DNA of 64,000 nucleotides, taken from the NCBI RefSeq assembly GCF_964204645.1, contig NC_134035.1, forward strand, positions 13,762,686-13,826,685, given 5' to 3'. The translations under genes and the position numbers were made by a program. Under the pieces are notes generated by a model that had not been told where the DNA came from, searched no databases, and worked only from the letters and a program-made list of their open reading frames with translations. This document shows, piece by piece, positions 19,387-31,100 of this stretch (the stretch's first letter is position 1; every line of letters begins with the position of its first letter). Source of the DNA: Tubulanus polymorphus. Its lineage: Eukaryota; Animalia; Nemertea.

Positions 19387-22300
19387 ATGGCTAACTCAAT
19401 CGAGGAATTAATCGTGAATTTATACGATATCGAAGCCGTGAAATTCGGTAGTTTTACTCTGAAAAGCGGAATTCAATCTCCTGTTTATTTCGATTTAAGA
19501 GTCATCGTTTCATATCCTCAAATTCTCGTAAGTTTTATTTCAAACAATTAAATTCAATAAAACTATATTCCTCACCCTTGATGATTTCACAGCGGTGCGG
19601 CGCCGGTAAATTATTTTCTTTTCTAAATCGATGTCGATATTTTTCAGAAAGTTGTATCTGAGAAATTGTGGTCGGCTTCACGTCAAAGTGAATACGATGT
19701 AGTCTGCGGAGTGCCGTACACGGCGTTACCGATAGCGACGGTGATGTCTGTTGATCACGATATTCCGATGTTGATCCGTCGGAAAGAAGCGAAAGATTAC
19801 GGAACGAAGAAAATGTTGGAAGGACGATTTAAAAACGGCGATAAATGTTTAATTGTTGAGGACGTTGTAACGAGCGGTTCGAGTGTAGCGGAAACGGCGG
19901 ACGTAAGTTTTGGACTGCGATCTGGATTCATTGATCCCCATCTCTTAATGTTCGATTTATTTCAACCGTCCAATTTTCGTTTGAATTTCAGTTGCTAAGA
20001 AACAACGGTTTAACGGTGACTGATGCGGTCGTATTGTTGGATAGAGAACAGGGCGGACGACAGAAACTAGCCAATCAGGGCATCCGACTTCACAGGTAAA
20101 ACCCCCTCATTCCCCTGCTCCCCCTCTCTCCCTCCCCTAACTCCCCTTACCCCTCCCCTAAGTCCCCCCTACCCCTCCCTCACTCCCCCTCCCCTCACTC
20201 ACCCTCTTCCCCTAAGTCCTCCCCTCACTCCCCTCACCCCCTAACTCCTCCCCTCACTATGATTCCCCTGCATAAACTCTGAATAAATCAACAAAATCAT
20301 CATAATTTGTCCATGTTTTTTTTTTTTACAGTATTTGTCCGTTGTCCAAAGTATTAGAGGTTTTACAGCGGAACGGTAAACTTTCTAAAGCAATCGTCGA
20401 CAGCGTTCATGAGTTTATCCGTGAAAATCAATTTACAGCAGCTCCACCTATTGTCGAGACCATTCCAGAAAAAGTAAGAGTACACACGCGCCATCTATTG
20501 GTCTTTTAAGTAGATTCATTTATTGAATTTCGAACGATTTTAACGGATTTTATTTATTTTTTTCCACTTGTGAAGATTTTGTCGTACGAGACACGAATGA
20601 CGATGTGTACGAATCCGCTGACCAAACGACTTCTTCAAATAATGGCTGAGAAAAAAACTAATTTATGCATAGCTGCCGATTATCCTAATGTAGGATTAAA
20701 TTTAATCACAGAGGTAAATATTAAACTTAACCCTAAGGGTCAGATTGATGTGAAAAACTGTGTGATATTTCAATCCCGTTTTTAAGGCCATGTATCGTCG
20801 CACTTGGATACCTGGTACAGCGGAACCTTGTTAATGACAACCTCACATAAAACAATTTATCAGGGGCTGCAGTTGCTCAAAAGTTGGGTAAAGATAACCG
20901 GTCGTTAAATACCATAACAAGTAACAATGAAATTTCAATTGTCACCATATCAACTATCCACTGGTTAACTCTTACTATTGAGCAACCGACCCCAGTTCTT
21001 TCAGATCTAGAATTTCATCACTAATGGGACAATTTTAATAATCTAATACTGGGGTAGGTTTATAGACTGGTATTAACTTTAACCTGGGGGTTAACTCAAT
21101 TGCAAATGAATAGAGTTAGCCTCAGGTTTAAGATAATACCAGTCTATAAAACTCGCCCCTGGATATTAACAAGCTATGGGTTATAATGCAAAGAGTTTCT
21201 CATCCCCTGAAGTTCGTTGTAACAAGTTTTCGTTGTAATGCATTGTGAATAAAAATGTGAGGTTTGAGAAATATGTTAAAATACTCGAGTTTCTCAATTT
21301 GTGACCGTTTGACCCTTGTAACTGGAATATATCTCACTGTATTTGAATGCGTTGAATAAATGAACTATAATTTACACGTAGTTTGCAGATGAAGTTGGAC
21401 CTCATATTTGTATGTTAAAGTTACATACAGATTTTATCCCAGTTCGAGAACTCGACTGTAAACAGTATCAAACACAGATGAATCAGTTACAAGAGATCGC
21501 TGTGAAACATAACTTTCTTATCTTCGATGATCGGTAAATATTCAATATTTGTAAATATATTCTAACACAAATATAGCTCCTCACATGATGAAACTAACTG
21601 ACTAACTAATAAATTGAAATGCAAGAACAAATAGAGACTAGAAAATAGAGTTCAGTATTCAGTGAGCTTAACTATGATTTATTGTTCAATAAATTCTATG
21701 AACAATTTGATACAATGTGTCCATATTTCTAATTAAGTTGATACAATGCATCTATATTTCTAGCTAATTTGGTACAATGTATCCATATTTCTGGTTAATT
21801 TGGTATAATGTGTCCATATTTCTGACTAATTTGATACAGAGTGTCCATATTTCTGGCTAATTTGATACAATGTGTCCATATTTCTGGCTAATTTGATACA
21901 AAATGTCCATATTTCTAATTAATTTGATACAATGCATCTATATTTCTAGCTAATTTGGTACAATGTATCCATATTTCTGGTTAATTTGGTACAATGTGTC
22001 CATATTTCTAATTAATTTGATACAATGCATCTATATTTCTGACTAATTTGATACAGTGTGTCCATATTTCTAATTAATTTGATACAATGTATCTGTATTT
22101 GTGAGAGCATTGTGTTTGATACAATGTATCTATTTCTCTGACAGTTTGATACAATGTATCTATATGTATTTGTAGTAAGTATGCAGATATAGGTAATACA
22201 GTCAGTATCCAGTACGGAGCTGGTACATTCAATACAGTCTCATACTCACACATAGTAACAGTTCATCCTCTACCAGGAGCTCCAGTTATTGACGCTCTGA

Positions 22301-23444
22301 AAAAGGTACGAATCTGAGTGAATCGGAATGAATCTAGGTGATTCAAAATGAATCTAGGTGAATTTGAATGAATCTGAGGGAATCTGTTTAATTACTGATT
22401 GTGCTGATTTCATCCGTAGGTCGCTAAGTCACATGATAAAGAACGAGGCTGTTTGCTGATTGGTCAGATGAGTTGTGAAGGATGTCTAATAGATGATAGC
22501 TACACTCAAGGTGATAATTCATCACCTGAGCCCGCGCCAACTCACCCCAGCCCGCGCCAACTCACCCCAGCCCGCGCCAACTCACCCCAGCCCGTACCAA
22601 CTCACCCCAGCCCGCACCAGCCCACCCCTGCCTGCACCAACTCACCCCAGCCCGCACCAGCTCACCCCTGCCTGCACCAACTCACCCCAGCCCGCGCCAA
22701 CTCACCTCAGCTCGCACCAGCTCGCCCCAGCCCGCGCCAACTCACCCCAGCTCGCACCAGCTCACCCCTGCCCGCGCCAATTCACCCCAGCCCGTGCCAA
22801 CTCACCCCAGCTCGCACCAGCTCACCCCAGCCTGTACCAACTCACCCCAGCCCGCACCAACTCACCCCAGCCCGTACCAACTCACTCCAGCCTGTACCAA
22901 CTCACTCCAGCCCGCGCCAACTCACCCCAGCCTGTACCAACTCACCCCAGCCCGCACCAACTCACCCCAGCCCGTACCAACTCACTCCAGCCTGTACCAA
23001 CTCACTCCAGCCCGCGCCAACTCACCCCAGCCTGCGCCAACCGACACAAACAGTGTTATATTCTGTTTATTATTTCAGCGACTGTTGCCATGGCGCTGGA
23101 ACATAAAGATTTTGTAATTGGTTTAATTTGCCGCGAGAAGTTGACATCCGACCCGTCGATTCTACACTGCGTTCCTGGTAGGAATTAAAATTCAAATTTA
23201 CCCTCAATCCCCGTTCTGCGTGGACTCGATAAAAACTGGCGTCTCGTTACTTATTTCAGGAGTAAAACTCGAGGAAGGTAAAGACAGTCTCGGTCAGCAG
23301 TATCAAACACCGAGCGTCGTGATTGGTCAAAAAGGATGTGATGTCATAATCGTCGGACGAGGAATCACGCAGGCGGAGAACCCGGGATTAGCAGCTCAAC
23401 AGTATAAACAAGCCGGTTATCAGGCTTATCTTAATCAGCTTTAA
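19387..23444 (+). CDS. UMPS: Uridine 5'-monophosphate synthase (OPRTase + OMP decarboxylase), 10 exons
   Basis: Exons 19387-19527, 19648-19902, 19992-20095, 20332-20473, 20576-20713, 21382-21533, 22176-22305, 22420-22510, 23079-23177, 23260-23444. Motifs: [43 protein letters not shown]-binding [37 protein letters not shown]. Confidence 0.98.
20864..21158. mobile_element. Two MITEs with CWG TSDs in UMPS intron 5 (20864-20992 CAG TSD; 21052-21158 CTG TSD)
   Basis: Terminal inverted repeats and 3-bp duplications; the second is homologous to 1946-2054. Confidence 0.75.
21703..22170 (+). repeat. ~30-bp minisatellite in UMPS intron 6 running into the acceptor
   Basis: (AATTTGATACAATGTGTCCATATTTCTGGCT)n, about 14 degenerate copies. 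Confidence 0.9.
22520..23041 (+). repeat. 20-bp minisatellite in UMPS intron 8 (AACTCACCCCAGCCCGCGCC)n
   Basis: About 26 copies with exact 20-nt periodicity. Confidence 0.95.
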
Positions 23445-23639
23445 TTTAATCCTCTCCATCCTGATGATCGCTGCTGCCAAAATGAAATCAGTAAAACTGA
23501 AATCTTCTGTTCGTCTCTTCTTTCTAATAAAAACATAATCTTAATCAAATTGACAAAAATAGAAAATCTTTGTATTGATATAATTAAAATGTGGACGGTG
23601 TTCTAAACATGATCTTTCTTGGATTTCATCTACTGTCTA

Positions 23640-24435
23640 CGGATACTGATTCAGAGTGGTCCTGATGCTGTACAGGATAGAGTGGTCCTGATGATGTACA
23701 GGGGTGTGTCCCGGGTTCGAACCCAGTTAATTACTAACACTGATTCAGAGTGGTACTGATGCTGAATAGAGGATGTACAGAGTGACCTACGAGGAGAGGA
23801 TATCAAGATTTCTAACGTTATCGCCATCTATTGGAATTTGGCTGAACTGACTAGAGAGCTCTTATTTGTCTCACCGACTCTTCCTTAGTCCATTAAAATC
23901 ACACTCGCCATCTGGTGGATAAAACCATCATCAGACTGAAGTAGCATAGAAATCCACCAGATGGCGAGTGTGATTTCAACCCACTAAAAAAGAGTCAGTG
24001 AGACTAGTAAGAGCTATCTAGTCGGTTCTACCAAAATGCAATAGATGGCGATCATAGTATCATTATGAAGTGGAATTATCGGGCTCGAACCCAGTAATTA
24101 CTGATGCTGATTCAGAGTGGTCCCGATGCTGAGTAGAGGATGTACAGGGGTGTCCCGGGTTCGAACCCAGTAATAACTGATACTGGTTCAGAGTGGGCCC
24201 GATGCTGAATAGAGAATGTACAGGGTGTCCCGGGTTGGAACCCAGTAGTGGTAAAATTTGTCCTGATGCTGGACAGAGGATGTACAGGGGTGTCCTGGTC
24301 GAAAACCCATTGATTTCAAAGTGATCCTGATGCTGAATAGAGGATGTACAGGGGTATACCGGGTTCGAACCCAGTAATTACTGATACTGGTTCAAAGTGG
24401 TCCTGATGCTGAATAGAGGATGTACAGGGTGTCCG
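23640..24435. repeat. ~60-75 bp tandem repeat carrying a Pol III B-box-like palindrome (GGGTTCGAACCC)
   Basis: Unit ...GAGTGGTCCTGATGCTGAATAGAGGATGTACAGGGGTGTCCCGGGTTCGAACCCAGTAATTACTGA; resumes at 25955-26148, 38705-38828 and 51410-51532. Confidence 0.85.
23820..24052. mobile_element. ~230-bp palindromic MITE with nested inverted repeats
   Basis: ATCGCCATCTATTG...CAATAGATGGCGAT termini and an inner TCACACTCGCCATCTGGTGGAT/ATCCACCAGATGGCGAGTGTGA inverted repeat; a second, internally deleted copy at 25721-25929. Confidence 0.8.
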
Positions 24436-24455
24436 ACGAGAAGATGATATCAAGA

Positions 24456-25375
24456 AAAGATAAGATAAGATAATTTTATTACTCCCCAACCATTTCCATG
24501 GTACGTGGAGGAAAAAATGATTTTGTTTACAAATATTTACATATCGATAGAAAAATAAAAAAATATTTTAAAAACATAACAAGAGTATTTACAATATATA
24601 CAAATACAGTGTACTATTTACAATTGAAAGACTACAGGAGGGATCTATATACATCTAAACCATCTTTTATAAATTGTGCTAATTGAAAATTTGGAGTTTT
24701 TAATATATCAAAGTTTCTAAATGTGTCTGAATTCGGAATGGTATTGCCAAGTTCGGTAAGAATCTTACAATCAAAGCGAAAATGAAATTCATCCCCAAAA
24801 ACATTGCAGATTGGACACATTCTTTCGTTTCTAGGTAGATGGAGATTAGAAAATCTATGTACAGGTAATAGGTGGGATCCTATTCTAAACTGAAAAAAAC
24901 TAAACACAAAATTATCATCTAGTTGGTTAATATAATTCTCAAATTTAATATCGTTTTTGTATTCCCTGAAATTAATATATAACGGATTATTATTGATTTT
25001 GAAAATGGTCTCTTGTGCATACTGGTCACGTAGTATTTGTCTTACATATTTCGAGAACGCAAACTTTGCATATATTGTTGCATCCATATATAGGACAGGC
25101 CGCAGTCATCAAAAGTTTGTTTAATACTGAAAAGCCAAGGACTAGTATATTTGTCATTTAGATACAGATTACAGGAAATTCGATAGAGTATTGCATTTAG
25201 CTTAGATTGTTTGCCAGATACGGTTTTACACCAAAAATTAATCGTTCTACGCCTTACTTTAATGAACAAAGGTTAACGCCCTAACTCTGCTAACGTATCC
25301 CCATACCTCGCAACCATACATGGCAACAGGGGCAACGCACATATCGAATAATTTAAACATTACGTCGATTGGAAG
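24456..25375 (-). mobile_element. 5'-truncated, frameshifted CR1/L2-group LINE (ORF2 C-terminus)
   Basis: ORFs 25042-25269 and 24632-25087 with FRIGSHLLPV...ERMCPIC..GDEFHF.FDC, a Cys/His motif typical of these ORF2 tails; AATAAA and a (TTATC)n 3' tail. Confidence 0.8.
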
Positions 25376-25380
25376 TTTCG

Positions 25381-25705
25381 AAGAATACGAATACGAATAT
25401 TTATTACACTCCAACCATTTCCATGGTATATGGAGGAAAAGAAACAGTATTTACAATTATTTACAAAAACAGTAGATAAAAGCACTTTGAAACATAACAA
25501 ACGTTATATACAACATACTATTTACACACACTACCGGAGGGATCTATATACATCCAGACCTAATTTGATAAATTTAGCAAGTTTAAAAGTTGGATTTTTT
25601 AAAACATCAAGATTCCGAAAGGTATTTGAATTTAGGTAGCTTTCACGGAATACGGTAAGTAATTTACAGTCAAAAATGAAATGTAGTTCGTCGCCTAAAA
25701 CGTTG
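25381..25705 (-). mobile_element. Second, shorter 3' fragment of a related LINE
   Basis: VLGDELHFIFDC...KLAKFIKLGLDVYRSLR*, a 3' UTR homologous to the first copy, and a (TATTCG)n tail. Confidence 0.8.
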
Positions 25706-27099
25706 AGATTTTCTAACGTGATCGCCATCTATTGGAATTTGGCTGAACTGACTGGATAGCTCTTATTTGTCTCACCGACTCTTCCTTAGTCCGTTAAAAT
25801 CACACTCGCCATCTGGTGAATATAACCATCATTAGACTGTAGTAGCATGTGATGTCAACGCATTAAAGAGTCAGTGAGACAAGTAAGAGCTATCTAGTCG
25901 GTTCTGCCAAAATCCAATAGATGGCGATCATAGCATCATCATCAAACTTGGTGTACGTCCCGGGTTCGAGCCCAGTAATAACTGGTACTGGTTCAAAGTG
26001 ATCCTGATGCTGAATAGACGATGTACAGGGGTGTCATGGGTTCGAACCGGGTAACTGGTTCAGAGTGGTCCTGGATGCTGAATAGACGATGTACAGGGGT
26101 GTCCCGGGTTCGAACCGGATAACTGGTTCAGAGTGGTCCTGATGCATAATAGCACCCTTGGTGACGGACAGCCTGGGCCACTAAAGGTTTTCCGGCGTGA
26201 ACTTTCGGCCCCGGCCCTCGCTGTGGGACCCACGCCGGGAGAACATGGTCCGATAGAAAATAAATTATGCAGTATACCAGGGAAGTGTGATGTCATCACA
26301 CTTCCCTGAGTATACAAAGGATCTGTTAGTATTTGTTTTTACTGCACGCGCGGCCCGCCCTATATCAGGAACTCATCCGCCACACCCGTTCAGCCCGTAT
26401 ATAATCAAAACCCGGTGCAAGGGCTCCTCGGGGGTCTTACTTTAGTAAAATACTAAAAGGTCAAAATCTCTGTAACTTTCGGAGAAGATAGGACACTATT
26501 GATGGGCAACGCCGAGTCCGGTTACCTGTTGTTGCTCAGTACCAAGGCTCCTTGGGGATCTAATTGACCCCCAAAGACCGTCAAAAATATCGTTTAAAAA
26601 TTAATAGATTAAATACGAAACGGTCATCAATGTGTCTGAAACGTTCAGGGAAGATAGACATAGTCAAACAAGTGAATGAGTAATTGTTTCTGTAGTGTGA
26701 AACGAATGTAACAGGCCGCTAGCCATCTCGTGCCCCTGGGGAATAGCCATCTCGTGCCCCTGGGGTATAGCCATCTCATGTCCGTGGGGAATAGCCATCT
26801 CGTGCCCCTGGGGATCTTGTTGTTTATTATTTGTGAAGGTTTCGCTCGAAAACTATAACAAATACACAGAATAAAAGACATCACTTAGAAAGAGAATTGT
26901 AATTGAGGAATTCTTTTTAGAGATTAAATCCATCGCGCTTTATCTCAAGGAAGCTATATCTAGTATTCAATCAACACGAAAGGAAATATCTTTATTGAAA
27001 AAAATGTACAGAAATATACAAAAATAATGAACTCAACTTTTCCCAGCAGCAAATAAAATACACAATCCTTGACCTTGGACGCCAGTTAACCGAAAACTG

Positions 27100-27190
27100 T
27101 GGAACTAACCCAAACCCTCGGCCCAGTAAAACCATACCCTAAGCCCGGCTGAGATTCGAACCCAGAATGTCTACCACTAGACCATAGAAT
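27100..27190 (-). mobile_element. tRNA-derived SINE-like head (fuller copies at ~39730-39836 and ~52395-52497)
   Basis: CTATGGTCTAGTGGTAGACA...GGTTCGAATC; the copy-2 and copy-3 versions keep a TTTGCAC loop (tRNA-Ala-like). Confidence 0.6.
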
Positions 27191-27344
27191 GCTGATGATA
27201 ATTATGGTCTGTAAGTTCAACTAAATACGTTTACTGCGTTTATAAAAACAGGCCAACACTAAGGTAGCTGCGTTTCGCCACTAGGGTCACTAAAATCTCG
27301 TAAAATTGCCAAGAAGTTAATCTCAAAATATGCGATGTTTATGT

Positions 27345-27495
27345 CAATAAATCCTCGCATGCCAGGGTAAGAATCAATAAATCACCGCATGCCAGAGTAA
27401 GAATCAATAAATCCACGCATGCCAGGGTAAGAATCAATAAATCCTCGCATGCCAAGGTAAGAATCAATGACCCCGCGCATGCCAGGGTAAGAAGC
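27345..27495. repeat. 30-bp VNTR (GCATGCCAGGGTAAGAATCAATAAATCCTC)n; also 40230-40495 and 52795-52965
   Basis: Copy number differs between units (roughly 5, 9, 6). Confidence 0.9.
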
Positions 27496-27546
27496 AACGA
27501 ATCGATCCTAGCATGAGCAGATGAGCAACTTTATGTACCGAACACC

Positions 27547-28097
27547 AGGGGTCGCAGTTTCACAGAAACGATCAATATTTTGACAACTGGGCCCAAGTCT
27601 CATAAAAGGACAAGTAGATTAATTTAATTTCTTCATTCAGTCAGTTTTTCGTTGTAGTTAATCGTATATGTGAAACCGTACCCGTGGTAGGTTTGGTTTA
27701 TGATGCGAGGTTTCAATCAGATTTAGATGCTACAGTTTAAAACACACTAAAAAGCGAGTACGGTATTTAATCCCGTAGAGTCCAGTTTCACAGTTTAGCT
27801 AAAATTGATTCATCCTTTCTCTATGTTTAGTTTCACATTACATCCGGTATATAGGGTCAACTGCAATTCAACAATTCAATTCCGAAAGGACCCTTGGCTA
27901 AATCTCATAAAATTTAACTTTGATTCAGACTTTTTTCAAAATGAAACATTTTTGAACGCAATTGGTTTGTGAAACTGGACTCTCCACGGATCAGTTTCTT
28001 AAAAAACTTTACTCAAAGATATCTATTTATTGAGACGGTAAACTCGAATTGAGTAAAGTTTTTTGAGTAAATTATTTCTATGAAACTGAACCCGTGG
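27547..28097. mobile_element. Cluster of adjacent short TIR elements with CAGTTTC/GAAACTG-type termini
   Basis: For example AGAGTCCAGTTTCACA...TGTGAAACTGGACTCT (27778-27983) and CCACGGATCAGTTTC...GAAACTGAACCCGTGG (27984-28097). Confidence 0.6.
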
Positions 28098-28169
28098 GAT
28101 TTACGTGTGACGCACTGAGTGTGTGTGAAACTGCTGGCGTCTGTAATCACAACTAAAACAACACAGAAA

Positions 28170-31100
28170 ATTCATCTTTATTTCAAATAAAACAGAACAA
28201 CAGTTCACACGAAATATCATAGTCCCATAATAAAGAAAACCTGTCGATATTTCAACTTCTTGGTTTCATTGATTGTGAGACTTAACAGTCATACAAAATA
28301 TGTCCATTTACAATATCACACAAGTTTATACATTTACAAATTCAAGTATTTGGTTTCATTGATTGAGTGACTTAAAATATGTCCATTTACATCATACATG
28401 TGTATCATACAAATTTATACAAAACCAGACCAATGAAACCAGGTCCTGAGGTACAATTACTAACTAATGCAGTTACATGGGCTTTCCAAGATGGATCAAG
28501 GGCATGAGATAATTTACGCACTCCATCATTAGGGTTTTCCCTCAATTGGCGAGGCAGAAAACCCGTTATCGCTGCTTTGCAACTATATTGAATCTAAAAT
28601 TAAATCAATTTTCAGCTAAAATTAAAACCCACTTTACACAAATTTAAAAGGATTTGAAGACACAACATTTATGAGTCTCTTTAGAGACCATCGTCAAGTC
28701 TGAAGAAATAACTATAACAGGGAAAAATTGAGAGGGAAAAACAAGTTCATCGAGAAAAGTAAAGCTAGAGGTTGTTAAGTGTTTAGGTTGAGAGGTTTTG
28801 TTATTTTGTGCATAGATTGTTCTAGTTATTTCTTCATTTACTTTTATCATTTTGATTCTGATTCTTGATAAATAAATTACGCCTTTTAAATTTGCATATA
28901 GCAGGGTTTAAATCATATATTCTATGCCTGAGTCAGGCTATTATTCTATTAGCAAAAATCACAGCACAGCTTTGAGAGATCAGGGGATCAGGGGATGACT
29001 CTATTGTTTTTATGGATATGTGATACGCAGTCTATGAAACCATCACAAACAGACCAACAGTCGCCTGCCTGTGCCGACCAACACAATATAATACCGGTAA
29101 TATATTTGACTTTAAACATTAAAATTGCAGATCTCGAAAATAAGTGGCAGCAAATCAATCTGCAGGTAGATGGCTGGTCGCTGTCCTTGTCTAATGGAAT
29201 CCATCTCGTCCTAGAATAGAAAGAAAACCTGCGTCTGCAGATATTACATTGAAAATGTTTGATTGAATTAACAGTCGAGTGGGAATTAGTTTCTGAAATT
29301 ATTTCATGATAACAGAGTTATAGTTCTAGATAATTTAACACCATTATTCGATATTTGATCAACTTTCAAACTGTTCTATTGGACAAATTTCATGCTGCAA
29401 AAAAACATCACAGCGACATATTAACAAATTTACATCACATAAGAGCAAAACTAACGATTTCCAAACTCATATCGGATTACCGGTAGTTCAGTGCCATTGC
29501 CGTGTAGACAATTTCCATTTCTAGCAGGATTTCGCTTCAAAGAACCATAAAGTCATTAAGTTAAGAGCATTGATGATTTCCTGAAAAATAGATTTACAAA
29601 TAATTGAACCGTTAAGTTTTATAACAAGCGAGAACCAGGTTGATTCATGTAGACTGTATTACTTAGTTTATTCTTAAAGAAATAACAGCAGCTTCAGCAA
29701 CAAGAGTTTCTTTACACTTCGAAGGTGAATATCTGTAATTTCTTACCAAGCTAAAGGCTGCGTCCTCTAGTAAAGCAATGAGATACCTGCCGACATAGAC
29801 CGATCAAACACATATCTTCAAATCAAACCCGGAAAAATACATCTGCTAAAATCGATCAGAAATAATAAATAAAGTTTATAACTGATAAATCACCACTAAT
29901 TACTGCGATAAATCGATATAAAACTCACCACTTCTGATTTATGTTTGATTCTAAGAGTGCAATGTTGACTGTAAGTTCAGCTTCATTTTGGCTCCTAAAA
30001 TACTAAAGTTGTATGAAATTCACTTGAAAGTTTGAACTTGGAGCAGGATAGAAGTGATTGAAAATTCACTTTAACTGATTTATTTAGTTCCATGAGATAT
30101 TTACCGGTAAATGTTTTGTTAAGTTACTGTTCACAGATTCTGTCAAGGGTTTCGCTTATTTAAGCTCCTAAAAACAAATGTATTAATGTTACAAATTGTC
30201 AGATAAATTGTTATGAAATAAGAGCAGTTTTAGATTAAAACTCACGGCTTTCGTTTCACTTGTTTGCGGAATTGTCAGGCTGCGTGTGAGGAGTGTCAGG
30301 CTGCGTGTGAGGAGTGTCAGGCTGCGTGTGAGGAGTGTCAGGCTGCGCGTGAGGAGTGTCAGGCTGTGTGTGAGGAGTGTCAGGCTGCTGCGCGTGAGGA
30401 GTGTCAGGCTGCGCGTGAGGAGTGTCAGGCTGCGCGTGAGGAGTGTCAGGCTGCGCGTGAGGAGTGTCAGGCTGCGCGTGAGGAGTGTCAGGCTGCGCGT
30501 GAGGAGTGTCAGGCTGCGCGTGAGGAGTGTCAGGCTGCGCGTGAGGAGTGTCAGGCTGCGCGTGAGGAGTGTCAGGCTGCGCGTGAGGAGTGTCAGGCTG
30601 CGTGTGAGGAGTGTCAGGCTGCGCGTGAGGAGTGTCAGGCTGCGTGTGAGGAGGATCTAGCAATATGTTTGAGGCGACCTGTGAATGAGGTTTTATGAGT
30701 TGATAATTCTGGTGCTGTGTGGATTTCATTCTGTAATGAGAAAATAGATAAATAAGATAAAGTCACGAGTGTGTTTGTGTCTGTTATTCTGGATATTACT
30801 ATTTTTCTTACTTGTTTTGACTATCGTAGTACTTTTTCCTCAATAATTTCCAATAGATTTGATAAGGATGCAGCAGCAACATCAGCAACAGCAGCAGCAG
30901 CAACATCAGCAACAGCAACAGCAGCATTTCTTACAAAACTTTCTGGAGAATCACACATAAAAATATTGTAGAGAATAATAAATTGTTCGAATATAATTAA
31001 ATTAGAGCACAGTGGAGTGATAAAAAACTCACCATTTCCAAAATCATATCGGATTAGTTCAGTGCCAATTTGACCATGCAGACAATTTTCATTTCTAGCA

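Noticed and set aside
22453-23188. Long P/T/S/Q-rich ORFs
   Set aside because: They arise from the 20-bp minisatellite in UMPS intron 8; only their ends overlap real exons.
23640-24435. Hammerhead ribozyme/retrozyme in the tandem repeat
   Set aside because: The core reads CTGATGC rather than CTGANGA in nearly all units, and there is no matching GAAA or stem arrangement.
30264-30698. Plus-strand (CQAAREE)n and (SVRLRVR)n ORFs
   Set aside because: Open only because the 21-mer lacks stops; the splice signals point to the minus strand.
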